A DNA stretch of 64,000 nucleotides from Callorhinchus milii. Its lineage: Eukaryota. Made by a program: the position numbers and the translations under genes. Location: assembly GCF_018977255.1 (NCBI RefSeq), contig NW_024704742.1, forward strand, positions 90,894,001-90,958,000, given 5' to 3'. Shown here piece after piece: positions 1-12,950 of this stretch. Every line of letters begins with the position of its first letter. Position 1 is the first letter of the stretch. Under the pieces are notes generated by a model. The model worked only from the letters and a program-made list of their open reading frames with translations, made no database searches and had not been told where the DNA came from.

Positions 1-1000
1 TAAAATCCATGATGCATTGCTCCATCTCCATCTTCTTGGGATTCTCCTACCTTTTCCCATGTAGTTTGTTGTGGAACAATAGACTTGACATGTGGTAAGG
101 TAGAATTGCAGAGACTATTGAGTTCAGATCTTTCTCTGTGGGGTGTATTACTTCATGAAGATTGGAAATGATGCCTCAAATTAAAAGACAAAGCATTGCA
201 ATTAACGAATAGACAAACTAAATGACCAGTAGTTTAGTTTACAATTTTAATTCGTATCTAGATCACTTGTTGAAACTACTTAAGCCTTTCAAAGCAGCAT
301 TATTGTATGGTGTTAAAGATAAATAGTCTGTGTATTCATGTCTGCCTTTTGTGGAGTGCATGTGGTTAGGAGAGTGCTCGGTGTGTTACTCTGGGCTTGT
401 GTTTGCTCTGAAATGTCCTTCATCTGATGCTGTAGGTGTTGGGTGATAACGCCATCTCCCAGGAATGTGATAATTAACTCCAGTGCAAAAAAACCTTTAA
501 CTAACTGCACTAAATCCTCACTTCAGTGGTCAGTGCTGCGCAAACACGTTCCAGGAGGTGTTTAAATTCAATCCGGCGAATATCACACCATTAGCGACAG
601 CACTGCTTTGCTGCTATTCTTTCACCCGTCAAAGCCTCTGGGGGTGGGGGCACTGCCCCTGATCCAGGCTCTCTCATTTGCAACGTGCCTCTCGAAGCGT
701 ACCCTCTGGTACCACGTTTCACCCTCACTCTCACTTCATGGAAGCTTCAATTTATTTTTAATCCCCCCCCTCAAAATTTACGGAAACCATAACTTTTCTC
801 TGAAAAGTAAAAGAGGATGGGAAAAAATCCTCGTGGTTTTCAAAGAGCTTAGGGCGTTGAGTTAGAAGGCACATTGAGATGTGTTTTTAATATAGCATTA
901 AAAAGTAAAGGACATGTGTTTTTAAAAGGAACACATGACTTAAAGTGGAAGGGGATCCACAACCCAGTGTAAACCTTGGATTTGCCTTGACTCCACACCT

Positions 1001-1066
1001 TGAGTGTGTGTGTTTATGTGTGTTTGTTTATGTGTGTTTGTGTGTGTGTGTGTGTTTGTGTGTGTG
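1001..1066. repeat. Imperfect (TG)n microsatellite
   Basis: Directly visible; explains the low-complexity ORFs at 940-1238. Confidence 0.95.
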
Positions 1067-1759
1067 CAAAAAAAAGTAGATAGGGACAGTGGCGAGACAT
1101 GCGTTGAGACAAAAGAGCTCCTGAGAAAGCAGCTGGAGTTTTTATTCTGTTTGCGGTTTGTAGTACAGCTGGTTTCAAATGTGTCAGCCTTGTTCTGCAG
1201 AGTTTGCCACAGTTCCATCGCCAAAATGTGAATGTCACAGCTGGTAGTACTTACTGTATCTGCTGTAAAGTATGTGATTCATTAACTGGAGCCTTCTGGT
1301 TGTTGCACCAATCTGGTCATGTTTTTGTTAGGATGTGGTAAAATCAGTGTAGGGGGTGCAACAGCTCCGGAAATCTGCGACTGCTTAATTTTCAACCACA
1401 ATCAGGTTTTCTTTTCGTTACATGAAAATTGAACGCTGTTTTTTAAAAAAAAGACTTGTTTTTTGGGGGATGTGACATAATCTGGTTTGTGATTTTCTTT
1501 TGTTCGTGTGAGTTTAATAAACCAAGTTTAACGCTGAGATGGTAAAATTAATTTTTTTAAAAAAAAATTGTTTTGTGGGTTATTTTTGGCAAAAGATATT
1601 TTCTTTTGCCCTTGGACTTTCCCACCCATGGCCCATGATGCCAGGCAGCCCCAATGAGCCGTAATATGAAAGTTGTTTGATCCACATGCATCCTACCACC
1701 ACTGCTAACTGGTAAAGGGATCTTTGCCCCAAGATCTATCAGCATGTAGTGTAGTTTGT

Positions 1760-1945
1760 CTCAATCCCTCTGCCTTGTCCCCTCTTTATCTATCTCTAAA
1801 TTTTAAGATTTACCTCTTTGACCCCACCTATGGTCACCTCCTTGTTCTCCTTCTCCTGTGTTTGGCATCCACATCGCCACCGTGCAGCATTCCGAGATTG
1901 TATTCTGTGTGAAAGGTAGTTTCATAAATGCAAATTGTTGGTGGT
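1760..1945 (+). mobile_element. Old L2 LINE 3' end
   Basis: Ends gtgaaaggtagtttcataaatgcaaattgttggtggtt, a degenerate form of the L2 tail seen at 8750-8791. Confidence 0.7.
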
Positions 1946-1984
1946 TTCGACACAGCGAGCAGCCAATCTGTTTCTAACAAGTAA

Positions 1985-2260
1985 GAGTTCAGATAAAGAA
2001 AATCCTTCAGCCCATCTGATCTCATCTTTCCACAGATCACAGTATCAAGCTGTTTCTTAAATGAGTCCAGCAACCCGGCCTTAAGCACTCTTCCTGGTAA
2101 TCTTTTCCAGTTATTAAATATCCTCTGGATAATAAAATACTTCCTGGTGTCTGCCCTGAAATTGTGACTTGTGAACCTGTGTCCTCTTGTTCTGCTGCTT
2201 TGGCATATGTGAAAGTATTGTCCCGGATTTACTCTCCCAATCCCTTTTGGAATTTATAGG
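1985..2260 (-). mobile_element. Old CR1 LINE 3' fragment
   Basis: Minus-strand ORF remnant DSFKKQLD and layout similar to the other CR1 3' ends. Confidence 0.65.
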
Positions 2261-2472
2261 TGCCCATCACAGGGAGACAGCATTCGCTCTACGCGGGGCT
2301 TTTTGCCTAGACAACCTGCTAAGATCTGACCAAACCCCTCCCAGTCCTCACAAGTGGCTAGCCTCACTGTCAGGCTGACCACAGTGTGGTCCTGGGAATC
2401 TTTCCATTGTTGGCAGCAGGGTCCATGAATTGTTTAAAAGGGAATCAGATAGATGAAAGGGTGCTGGAAAGC

Positions 2473-2730
2473 TACAACAACAAATTGCATTTACATAGAG
2501 CCTTTCATGTCAGGAGGACATCCCAAGGGTGAAGGGTTTGCACCCAAACTGGAGGCTGGATTCAAGAGGGTGAAGGGCAAAGTGGGTGGAGGTGGGAAGG
2601 TGACCAAAGGTATGGTCAAAGAGGAAGGTCTTGAAGGAGGCAAAAGAAGGGTTAAGCCTGAGGGAATACAGAATGGACTTCCAGAGGGTGGATCAGAAAG
2701 GCTGAATGAGCAAGCTGGAGAATGGGATTA
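2473..2730 (-). mobile_element. L2 LINE 3' end
   Basis: Begins acaacaacaaattgcatttacatagagcctttcatgtcaggagg, the reverse of the L2 tail; homologous to 21726-22000 and 54134-54370. Confidence 0.85.
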
Positions 2731-3404
2731 GATTGGGTTGCTCACTAGGAGGGAGTTTTTCCCAGTCTCCTGGCCAACAATCCACAGAAACAGAGAGAAA
2801 CAGGAGTAGCCCCTCGAGCCTGTTCTATAAGATCATGGCTGATCTGTGCCTCAAGTCCACTTTGTGTCTGAAAGGGCTACAACAGTGGGCTGCATCTGAA
2901 TCTCCCGCCCTTTTTAATCATTAATGTTTCACCGCCTTCATATTTTTGCATCTTCTGACGTTTACTTTGCTGGGAGGGTGATTGAACGGGTTTCTCCTTT
3001 TAGTTTTAATCTTATTTAACATCTATGCCAGAATAACCTGCCCAGTTTGATGTCACTGGCAAACCTTGGCTCTTTATTAAAGTCTGACAAACCCAAGGGT
3101 AGCTGGGTTCCCAGAGGGCATCACAGCAACAAAGGCACAAGGACCGAATGAAAGACAAAATAGGCCTTCAGATGAAGTAGTGGCTGAGAGCGGCAGTGGG
3201 AGTTGGTCTCAGCTCAGAGGCACCATCTCCTGTGAAACCTCTCACCACAGACCTCACAGTGGGCTTCACAAATAATTAATAGATTTTTAACTCTTGCAGA
3301 AACCATTTCCCCCTTTATCTTTATCACTGTATTATTTCTATACTCGCTCTCCATTTCACCTCTTCTTGCCGGTCTCTAGAAGGTGAACGAAATCCGACGT
3401 CGGG

Positions 3405-3777
3405 GCTTAGAATCACACAGTCTAAGCTGACACTCCAGTGCAGTGCTGGGGGTATGCTGCATTGTCAGAGGTGCCATCCTTTGCATGAGCCCTAAAATGA
3501 GGTCACGTCTGCCTGTTCAGGTGGACATTAAAGATCCCATAACTATTGGAAAAGAGAAGGGAGATTCTCTCGTGTACTGGCCAACAAGCCCCCAAAATAA
3601 AATTGATCACTCACTCTATGCGTGGCTGTTTGTGGGACATTGCTGGATGCAAATTGGCTGCAGCATTCGCCCACAAAATACACACAGTCACACCACTTTG
3701 CAGTATATCCTGTGAAGCACTTTGAGATGTCTCGACAACATGATGAGATGCTATGCCAAATGCAAAGATTATTATTA
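3405..3777 (+). mobile_element. Deu-domain-type SINE (type A), 5'-truncated
   Basis: gctgacactccagtgcag...ctgttcaggtggacattaaagatccc core, ctgtttgtgggacattgctg body, tgcaaagattattatta tail. Confidence 0.88.
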
Positions 3778-4280
3778 CAAATGCAGCCCATGTCATTCCT
3801 TTGCTCTAGCAATGGGGCGTGGCCTCCAATCAGCCTCTGTACACAGCAGTGAGCAAATTGGGGGAGTTGAACTTTCGGCCCACCTCTCATTGCCTAGGGA
3901 CAGGGATGCTCTGACATGCAACTCCCACTGCTGAGAGTTTGAGTGCTGCACTTTTATTCTGGGCAAGTCTCATCTGAAGGGTTCTGGAGGAGCGATAACT
4001 CTATGAAGGCTGATATCAGTGTATTTCAATATCCGTGCATTACGCAATTACGCAGAATATCAATAGACAGAATACCCCAGTCCTTAACCCAGTCCAACAT
4101 TGTAATGCTTCTATTTATGCCCCGCTAAGAGTTACTAATTCCGTGGAGTCCGAGAATTGAGCCTTAGTTTATATGGTACAGCTTCCCACCAGATAAATTT
4201 ACTGAGCCATCAGTGGGGGTGGGGATTTGCAAATAATTATAATTCTTGCATTTGCCTATCATGTCAGAAGGTGCATCATT

Positions 4281-4385
4281 AAAATCCTTACATTTGGTAT
4301 AGCGCCTTTCACATCAGGAAGATTTCTCAGAGCGCTTCACAGAATATACTGTAAAGTGGAGTGTCTGTGTTTTTGTGGACGAGCT
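4281..4385 (-). mobile_element. SINE 3' tail fragment
   Basis: Reverse complement of the shared SINE tail. Confidence 0.8.
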
Positions 4386-4389
4386 TAGT

Positions 4390-4520
4390 ACATAGAGAAT
4401 TTGTTACATAGAGCGATACAGCATGAAAAATGCCATTTGGCCCAATTAGTCTGCGCCTGTGTCCATATTCCACTCGAGCCCCCACCCTTCCTGTTCTCTC
4501 CTATACCCTCTCTATTTCCT
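4390..4520 (-). mobile_element. CR1 3' tail fragment
   Basis: catagag...gccatttggccca, the reverse of the CR1 tail gggccgaatggcct...ctatg. Confidence 0.6.
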
Positions 4521-4586
4521 TTTCCCTCACGTCCAAGTCATGTCTGCTCCTAATACTCTCTGGAATTAGGTAAACAGGATGGGTCC

Positions 4587-4722
4587 CTCCATGAAGAGAG
4601 TGCCCATTCCATTCTAATATGTAGGAATTCCCATGTGTAGGTGGGATGTGTGGAACTCTCAGTTTGGTTTGGATACTCGAGCATGATGATGGGTTTCCGC
4701 ATGTGTCAGACACCCAGCTGAC
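4587..4722 (-). repeat. Unclassified dispersed repeat, homologous to 12825-12950
   Basis: Reverse complement aligns by eye with 12825-12950 (tcagc.gggtgtctga, ggaaacc.atca, ccaaacca, ttccaca, ccaccta, tagaat.gaatg.gcact). Confidence 0.75.
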
Positions 4723-4760
4723 CTCATGTATGCACCAAGTTTTCTTTTAAATCCACTGAT

Positions 4761-5000
4761 GTAGGAGGATGCCTGAAAAACTGTTTGCAGGATTTTCTGT
4801 AAATTGTAGTAACTGCATATTTTGTAGTGAAGACAGCAATGTCCCACAAACAGCCATGGAGTGAGTGATCAATTTTTATTTTGGGGATTGTTGGCCAGGA
4901 CACCTGAAGAAACTCCCTTCTCTTTTCAAATAGTGCCATGGGATCTTTAATGTCCAGCTGAACAGGCAGACAGGACCTTGGTTTAACATCTCATCCGAAG
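4761..5000 (-). mobile_element. Type A SINE, central and 3' part
   Basis: tagtgccatgggatctttaatgtccagctgaacaggcag...ggtttaacatctcatccgaag. Confidence 0.88.
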
Positions 5001-5877
5001 AACATACTCATGACACAGATCGTGATATTGTTTCTAAACTCCTCATACTTAATAATTTTAAAGCTCCCAGGTCCTTCTGTACAAAAGGAGACTTTTCTAA
5101 TTTACACCAAGAGATCGAGTATAGGGTGGAAATCACTGGTTCCTGAAAGTGCAAGTGGTGATTTTCAATGCTGACATTGTGCAAACTATTGGCTGTGTGG
5201 GCCTCACTCCTTCTATGTGCAAAGGAGCATCTGATTAATATTTAAATTAATATATTATGACGTAAATAGGTGATTTAGTGTGCTATTTACATTACTCCTC
5301 CTGGCTCTGGGGAATGAGACAATGTTGTGCAGTGAGTATCATAGCCTAATGTGAAGTGAAATTATTGTTTAGATACAGACGCCACTTGGTGAGTACTGCA
5401 CCCCTGTGGTGCTAAAGCTTTCTGTATTTTTTTTTGCATCAATTGGTTTAAGGTGTAAATTCAAGAATGCAAACACTTTGCGGTTTGTTTGCTCTTGTGA
5501 AGAATGTCACAGGAAAGATTCACAGCCGCAATGAAAAGTGGATTTTTAAACAAAAAGTACTGCTTGTGGTCATCAAACTGCTGTCTTTGTCCCACTTCCA
5601 AAGGAATCCACTTGCACGCATTGTTAGTGCTCACAATGTTACCACCTCCTGCATCCACCCCACCCTCCCCTGCTGAAATAAACCACTCTTTGGGTGTCAA
5701 TATGCCGCTCACCAGAACAAGCAAACGTTTTTGCTTAGAATGGGATTTCCATAAGGGGCATGGAATTAACTGTCTCCTCATATTAATTAACAAAGGGGGT
5801 GACAAATAAAGGGAATCACTTTAATTGTATCATATTTCACATTTTTCCGCCTTATTGCATGTTAGACCCAACAACTA

Positions 5878-6182
5878 GGACTCACGAGACAGTATTAGAG
5901 CACTCACATTGCAAGCGAGAGACCTGGTTTCGATTCCCAGCAGGGTGAAACTTTGGGCAAGTTTCCTTACTCCACACGCCTGATAATAATCCCTCAAGAA
6001 AAAAAACAATAAATTAGCAATTTCAATCCACAACTGTTTGTGGGACACTGCTGTGCGCAAATGGCTGCCACATTTCACCCACAAATATACAGTCAATTCA
6101 CTTTACAGTATATTCTGTGAAGCACTTTGAGACGTCTAGAAGACGTGAAAAGCGCTATATCAAATGCAAGGATTATTATTAC
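5878..6182 (+). mobile_element. tRNA-Ala-like-head SINE (type B, short form)
   Basis: B-box-like gtttcgattcc, ttgcaa loop, ttgggcaagtttccttactccacac, shared 3' body, (ATT)n tail. Confidence 0.9.
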
Positions 6183-6355
6183 TCCACTTGTATATGTCAT
6201 AAATAGTCCTGGTATGACAACCGCTGACCATATCACACTGTATACCCACAAGTAGATTGGCCTGTTGCATTTTAATGCCCTTGTACGGATAGCAGGGGAA
6301 ATCTCACCTAACTCTAGATTCACTCTATTTACTATAAATAGTATTTCGGCTTCTG

Positions 6356-6407
6356 CAGAATTTGGCAAATTCTTAAATTCAATCTTAAATTTTGAAGCTA
6401 GTTTCCT
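6356..6407. mobile_element. Left arm of a palindromic MITE-like element split by CR1 (right arm 8327-8376)
   Basis: 27 of the first 35 positions match the reverse complement of 8327-8376; homologous to arms at 17611-17846 and 56279-56821. Confidence 0.7.
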
Positions 6408-6419
6408 CCAACTTCTTTT

Positions 6420-8314
6420 AAGAACTAAAAGAGTGATAAGACAGGCTAAAAGATCGCATGAGAAGAGGTTAGCGGGTAACATAAAGGGGAATCCTAAAAT
6501 ATTTTACAAGCACATAAAGGAAAAAAGGTTAAAGATAGGGTGGGGCCAATCAAGGACAATGACGGCAATCTTGTTGTGGAGGCAGAGGGCGTGGCTGATG
6601 TACTGAACGAGTAGTTTGCATCTGTCTTCACAACGGAAATGGATGCCCCAAATGCCGCAGTATTGGATGAGAGGGTAGAGGAAATAGATCAGATTACTAT
6701 AGACAGAGAGTAAGTTCTGAAAAGATTGACTGGGCTCAAAATTGATAAGTCACCAGGACCAGATGGGTTTCACCCAAGGTTGCTGTGGGAGATACGGGTT
6801 CAAATAGCGGAGGCTTTGGCCATTATATTTCAATCTTCATTGGACACAGGAGTGGTGCCAAGAGACTGGAGAGTGGCTAATGTTACCCCCCTCTACAAAA
6901 AGGGGCAGAAAGACAAACCCGGAAATTACAGGCCAGTCAGCCTAACTTCGGTAATAGGAAAACTACTGGAGACCATAATCCGGGACAGAATAAATCTCTA
7001 CTTAGAGGAACATGAGGTAATTAGAGGCAGCCAACATGGATTTGTTAAAGACAAATCTTGCCTAACAAATCCAATAGAATTTTTTGAAGAGGTGACTGCG
7101 AGGGTTGATGAGGGAAATGCGGTGGACGTTATTTACATGGATTTCAAAAAGGCTTTTGACACAGTACCGCATAAGAGATTAATACAAAAATTAGAGGCCC
7201 ACGGTATTAAGGGGACAGTGGCAGTTTGGATTAAGAACTGGCTGAGTGACAGAAAGCAGAGGGTGGTGGTTAATGGATGTTTCTCGCAATGGAAGGAGGT
7301 GTCCCCCAGGGATCGGTATTGGGACCACTGCTCTTTCTAATATATATTAATGATCTGGACTTGGGCATAGAGAGCACTATTTCCAAGTTTGCAGATGATA
7401 CAAAGTTAGGTAGGGTAGTAAATAGTGAGGAGGACTGTAACCAACTGCAAGCAAACATACACAGAATGGTGGAATGGGCTGACATGTGGCAGATGCATTT
7501 CAATGTGGATAAATGTGAGGTGATACACTTAGGTAGGAAAAATGATAGGAGGCAATATAGACTTGGTAGCTCAATCTTAAGGGGGTGAACGTACAGAGAG
7601 ATCTGGGTGTTCAAGTAAGCGAATCATTAAAGGTAGCGGGGCAGGTAGATAAGGCAGTAAAAAAGGCATTTGGTGTACTGAGGTTTATTAGTAGGAACAT
7701 AGAGTATAAGAGTAGGGAGGTTATGGTTAATCTATACAAAACACTGGTTAGGCCTCAGCTGGAGTACTGCGTCCAGTTCTGGGCACCTTACTTCAGGAAG
7801 GATATTAAGGCACTGGAAAGGGTGCAGAGGAGATTCACGAGAATGATACTAGGAATGGGGAACCTTAGCTATGAGGACAGGCTGGAGAAGTTAGGACTTT
7901 TCCCATTAGAGCAGAGAAGGTTACGCGGGGACCTGATAGAGGTCTTCCAGATCATGAGAGGTTTCGACAGGCTAGATAAGGAAAAGCTGTTTCCACTGGT
8001 AGGTGTGTCTGTGACCTGTGGTCACAGTCTTAAGATATCTACCAAAAGAAGCAGAGGGGAGGGTAGAAGAAATGTTTTCACTCAGCGAGTTGTTCGAATT
8101 TGGAATGATCTGCCTGAAAGGGCAGTGAAGTCCAATTCGATAACAGCTTTTAAGAGAGAACTGGATAGGTATCTGGGGAAGACGGGTTTGCAGGGTTATG
8201 GGGAGAAAGCTGGCGATTGGGGTTAGTGAAAGTGACTTGCTCTGTCAAAGAGCCGGCACAGACTCGATGGGCCGAATGGCCTCCTTCTGTGCCGTAACAT
8301 TCTATGAATCTATG
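6420..8314 (+). mobile_element. 5'-truncated CR1-clade LINE (~1.9 kb) with a disrupted ORF2 reverse transcriptase
   Basis: ORFs 6726..7340, 7277..7588 and 7585..8226 give KSPGPDG, QHGF..KSCLTN, YMDFKKAFD, GVPQGSVLGPLLF, FADDTKL, RPQLEYCVQFW. Frameshifts and stops present. 3' tail attctatgaatctatg. Confidence 0.96.
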
Positions 8315-8411
8315 AAAAAAACTAACAGGAAACCCGACTTAAGTTAAAGCTGTATTTAAGCTTTTGGCAAATTCTGGACTTCCCATTCCCCAGAGAATTG
8401 AGTTTGAGATT

Positions 8412-8791
8412 GTTTAAAGCTCTCCATGGTCTTGCTGCCACTTACGTCTGCGACCTCTTAACACATCACCAACCTGTCCACTCCCTCCGCCCTGCAGGCA
8501 CTGGCCTGCCCCATGTTCCCTGCCCTGCTATCAGCAGTCAGGCCTTCAGCCTTTCTGTTCGCACCCTCTGGAACCCTCTGCCTTGCCCTCTCCTGGTCCT
8601 CCTTCAAGGCCCATCTCAAGACCTTCTTTTTCTACCTTTTCTTCAGTCATCTTCTCTCCTCCACCTCCTTTCCACTCTCTGATCCCAACCCACAGCTCAG
8701 GTTCAAACCCCTCATTGTCCAGCGCCTTGGAACATCTTCCCAATCTGAAAGGCGCTATATAATGCAATTTCTTTTTGTTGTTGTTGTTGTT
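8412..8791 (+). mobile_element. L2 LINE 3' end
   Basis: FKALHGLA..Y..DLL and SSFKAHLKT remnants; tail gaaaggcgctatataatgcaa...(TTG)n. Confidence 0.9.
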
Positions 8792-10787
8792 GGATGCACA
8801 AAAATGTTAAAAATAAAAAGCAAATCTGGAGCCAGGTGGTAGTTCTTCTACTTGTAATGGAAATGCTATTTTCAAGCCTATAATATCCTGTTTGTAGCAA
8901 AATTGTCGCCATGTGAAAATGTAGCCCACTTGTTATGTGATCACCTCAGTGTCATCACGTGGAAGGTTAACCCACTTGTTATGTGCAAACATATTAAAAG
9001 AAAATAATCTCAATTGCCATTGAGTTTATCAGGTCTCTACTTAGAACAAGAGAACTGTGCAAACAGTGCGTGGATTTAGATTAACCAGCGTGTTTGTGTT
9101 TCTGAGTACACATACTGTTATTAAAGTCAGTATCTGAGTTTGTTGATGTGTTGCAATGAGTCCCTCCTGTATCTGGATAGAGTGACCTGTGGCACTCCAG
9201 CACTCTGATACACTGTCTTTCCATGCCACCACAGCTTAGTACCTTTGAACTTTGTAAACTTGATAAAAGACTCCAGAAATGAGTGTGAAACTTCAGGAGT
9301 AATGGAAGCTGAGGCCTGTTGATGTAAATGCTTTTTGGATGGTTAATTTGAGCAATTGGAAGATGTCCAGCTCAATCGCATAGTGGATACCCAGTACAAG
9401 CTGTTCACCTGAATGCTGTTGCCGTTGCTGCTCGTGGCCTAACTTTTAGGAGGAAGTGCTTGCATGATCAGACTCCTTTCTCCCTTATTGCCTAAATAGA
9501 AGCCCTGACGTCTGCCACAAGGCAGTTGCTGGCAATGCAGTCTAAGGTAAAAGGCGACGTAAATTAATACGCATGCTGTTTGTCTGTGTGCGTAGCTGGC
9601 AGGCAGCTGGGCATTGCTGGTGCCCTTATCTTAACAAAATATCTTGTGTGACTTAAACCTTGTTCATTGTGAATGTGCCATGTTTTATAGGTAAGATAGA
9701 TCAGCAGTGTTCGCCAGTAGAGTTGTGCTTGCCTGAGAGGAATTAGAATATGTTCCTATTCTCAGTAGAGACTAGCTAAACGAAACCTGGAATGTGATTG
9801 TTACAGCAGACTCTGTTTGCTTTGCCTGTTAACGGAACTTAGGTTGAGGTCTTAAAGGGTCAACTGTGTTGAAAAAANTTATCCTTAAAAGGTTTTTGAT
9901 TAAACTGTCAATAATATATTGCTCTTGCGATACCTCAAGTACTACCAATGAAAGATGATTTTACTCACCAGAGTTGAGGCTAAAATCAAAGCCAGCAGTG
10001 TCCAGATGACCGGACCAGCTAGGAAGCCTCAATAAAAAGAAGCCTTAGCACAATTAGAGAATTGCACCTTTAATGCTGACACATGGCTCTTCTTGCACTG
10101 CGTTTCTTAGTGCGCACAAATGTCAACTGGCTCAGATAACAGACATTTCTTCTGCAATCTTTTCTTTCTGTTTTTCTCCCATGCAGTTTTGTGCCCGAGT
10201 TGTCCCTTCGTGAAGTTAAAGCTGCGGTGCATTACTTGTGCAGACTACACATCTGCATAACTTTTATGAAGCCAAAACGCCTGCCAGAAATAACTTGTGC
10301 AGCCTAGTTACACAGCATGCTGCCCCGTCCAACCTACTGACAATCTAATGTAACCATGAGCCCTTCCGCTCCAGAACATAACAGCGCTTTTGTTCAGTTC
10401 CTCCACTTTTTTTTAATATATGTTACATGCTTGTCTGGGTCACCTCAGTTTAAAATAATTAAGCAGAGAAACTGCAGATTTGTCTAATGCCATTGAACTG
10501 GAATTGTAAAATTCTGGCCCTTTTTGGTTGCTTTTATTTATAAAATATTTAATGATTGTGAAGTTTTTGGGGGTTAGTAGTTAAATTTTTACTGCGTGTG
10601 TTTGGGCAGGTTGTTGGTTCTTCATGGGGAGGGGAGGGGGAGATATTAATATATCCATATTAATATTCATATTAGTAGAGGTTGATAGATTTTGAGATTG
10701 GCCCTCAAATCCAGTCTTTTGGTTTCCCTCCAAAATTAATCTCCATCCCAATGATCCAGAAATGACTTTGGGGAATCATTATTTTTA

Positions 10788-10826
10788 ATCAGTCAGTCAG
10801 TCAGTTAGTCAGTCAGTCAGACAGAC
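10788..10826. repeat. (CAGT)n tetranucleotide microsatellite
   Basis: Directly visible. Confidence 0.9.
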
Positions 10827-12824
10827 TAAAAAAAATGTAGCTGGTTAAAGTTGAGAGGAAGCGCTTGTTTGAAATTGGATACTGGAACTTTGAATTGTGA
10901 GTCACTGAGGTTTTGAAAATTGAGTTAAAATCAGCTGGCCTAGAAACTTGTGCTCAGCAAGCAGCACAAACCAATAACAACAAGCCTTGCAGAATCAAAA
11001 TCTCATTCATCAGAGCTTTGTGGAGTTTGTAAACATGTACAGATTTGTGCTGTGGGGAACGCGTGGAACTAGTGGGCTAATGAGACGACTATACCTGTAT
11101 TGTTTCCGTAAACTTTACCAAACCACAAGGACAAGGATATCATTTTCAGGAACTAAAAAATTACAGTTTTTGTGGTGCTGAATTGGAACTGTTTTGATTG
11201 TTATTGCTATATAATATACAGTACTAGATAATGCCTCGCTGTATTTTGTGTTACACCAGCAACTGTTAGTCACATTTTGCTTACTAGAGCAGTGAGATAA
11301 CAGAGACATGACTTATGTGTGTGTGTGTGTGAAGAAACGTGTACCAACTCACTGTTAACAGTAACTACAGGAATGCTCCACTGTATTCTGTGTCACAACA
11401 GAAATGTTTGGCCACGCTTTGTCTGCTCAAGATAACGAAGAAATGATATGTCGGTGAAGAAGGGTGTACCCTGTAACTAAGTCAAAAAGATTGGTGTCTG
11501 TTTTGTGGTGCACTGCAGATCTATCAGCCAGCACCAGGAGACTGAGGATTTTTAACATGCTGTTTATTCACAGACTGTTCCCTTTCACACAGCCTTATAC
11601 AAGATGAAAGTAAAGCAGATTAGTCTAAGGTTCTGTGTAAAAGGTGTTGCTATTTTGAATTAAAACGACCAGCACAATAGTTTGGGTTACACTTGTACCT
11701 TCCAGGGGCAAAGAACCTTTGCTTCACTGAGAGTGTTAAACATTTATTTTCTGTGCTGTTTGTTTTCGTTGCAACTGCACTCCTCTGCACCATTTTTAGA
11801 CCATGTTGTTGGTTCTTCACATGAGGGAAGACTTTCTTTGGTGCCAAAAGGAAGTGAAGAATCAAACTCATTCTGGTTAATGGCTTGTCAGAAATTGCTG
11901 TTCACCAAATGTCATCACCCAATGGCACCAAAGAAAGGAGTTGATTTAAAAACCACTTAGGTTGACAAGCTTTGTATTTAAAGGGTCAGTATTCCCATTG
12001 TTGATGAGGAAGTGAGGAATGGGTTTCAAGGGCAATGCTTAGAGCAGCATTCACTGAATCCTTATCCGCCACACTATACTGAACAAATGGGAAAAACACT
12101 TGCTGTAGCAGTCCCTGGATCTGTAGCACTATAAACATTCCCGGTGTGTCCCTTTTTTATTTCTGGAAAATAAAAATAAAATCTGCTTTTTTAAAAAATT
12201 TTTTTTATGAAAACTGAGATGAAAATAAATTTGAAGGACCAGATTCAGTTCAGAGGTGCGACGGCATTGAGTCATCACCGAATGTATTCCACATTGTGGT
12301 CAGCGACCTGGTCAATTGCATTGCTGGACGATTTACTAGACTTTGCTAGATATACTAGCAGTGCTCATTTAAAGGTACTGTGGTTCTGTGCAGTGTCCAG
12401 ACTACATACTGCAGCAGAGCTTACTTTTAAACACATCCACATTTTGCGTCAGATGCAAATTGGGACCTCTATTGTTTTGTGCATTAGTGGTATGTATTGA
12501 GAATATGTGGGACAGGATTTATTTATGTGCAAGGTCAGAATATAGATGAAAGAGGCTCCACACTCTTTTGGGGAACCTGTCTTTCATCTTGTTCAGGTAA
12601 ATCCTCCATGATTCGTGCTGCTTTCGAAATCCTAAATCTTCCCAGCTGCTTCCTTCGTGTTTGCACGAATATCGCAGCAGCAACATCAGCAGCTAATGGA
12701 TTTTAAGCAGAAATTTATGGCTTGCAAGCTTGGAATTCTAAGAAAAGGAGACTCACTTAACTGAAAATTGTAGTTAGTATAAGGAAACGGATGCCGAAGC
12801 TGGCGAGGTCGGATTGTCTTTTGA

Positions 12825-12950
12825 TCAGCCGGGTGTCTGATGCATATGGAAACCTATCACCAAACCAGACCGACACTTCCACATATGTATGCCACCTATA
12901 CGTGGAAATTTCCTTGTGTCTAGAATAGAATGTGCACTGTCTCCTTGGAA
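12825..12950 (+). repeat. Unclassified dispersed repeat, homologous to 4587-4722
   Basis: By-eye alignment with the reverse complement of 4587-4722. Confidence 0.75.

Noticed and set aside
940..1238. Overlapping Cys/Val- and His/Thr-rich ORFs
   Set aside because: Translations of the (TG)n microsatellite.
6265..8226. Active or domesticated reverse transcriptase gene
   Set aside because: 5'-truncated, no endonuclease or ORF1, and multiple frameshifts and stops.
9878..9878. Single N bases (also 36263)
   Set aside because: Both end A homopolymers; assembly ambiguity, not biology.
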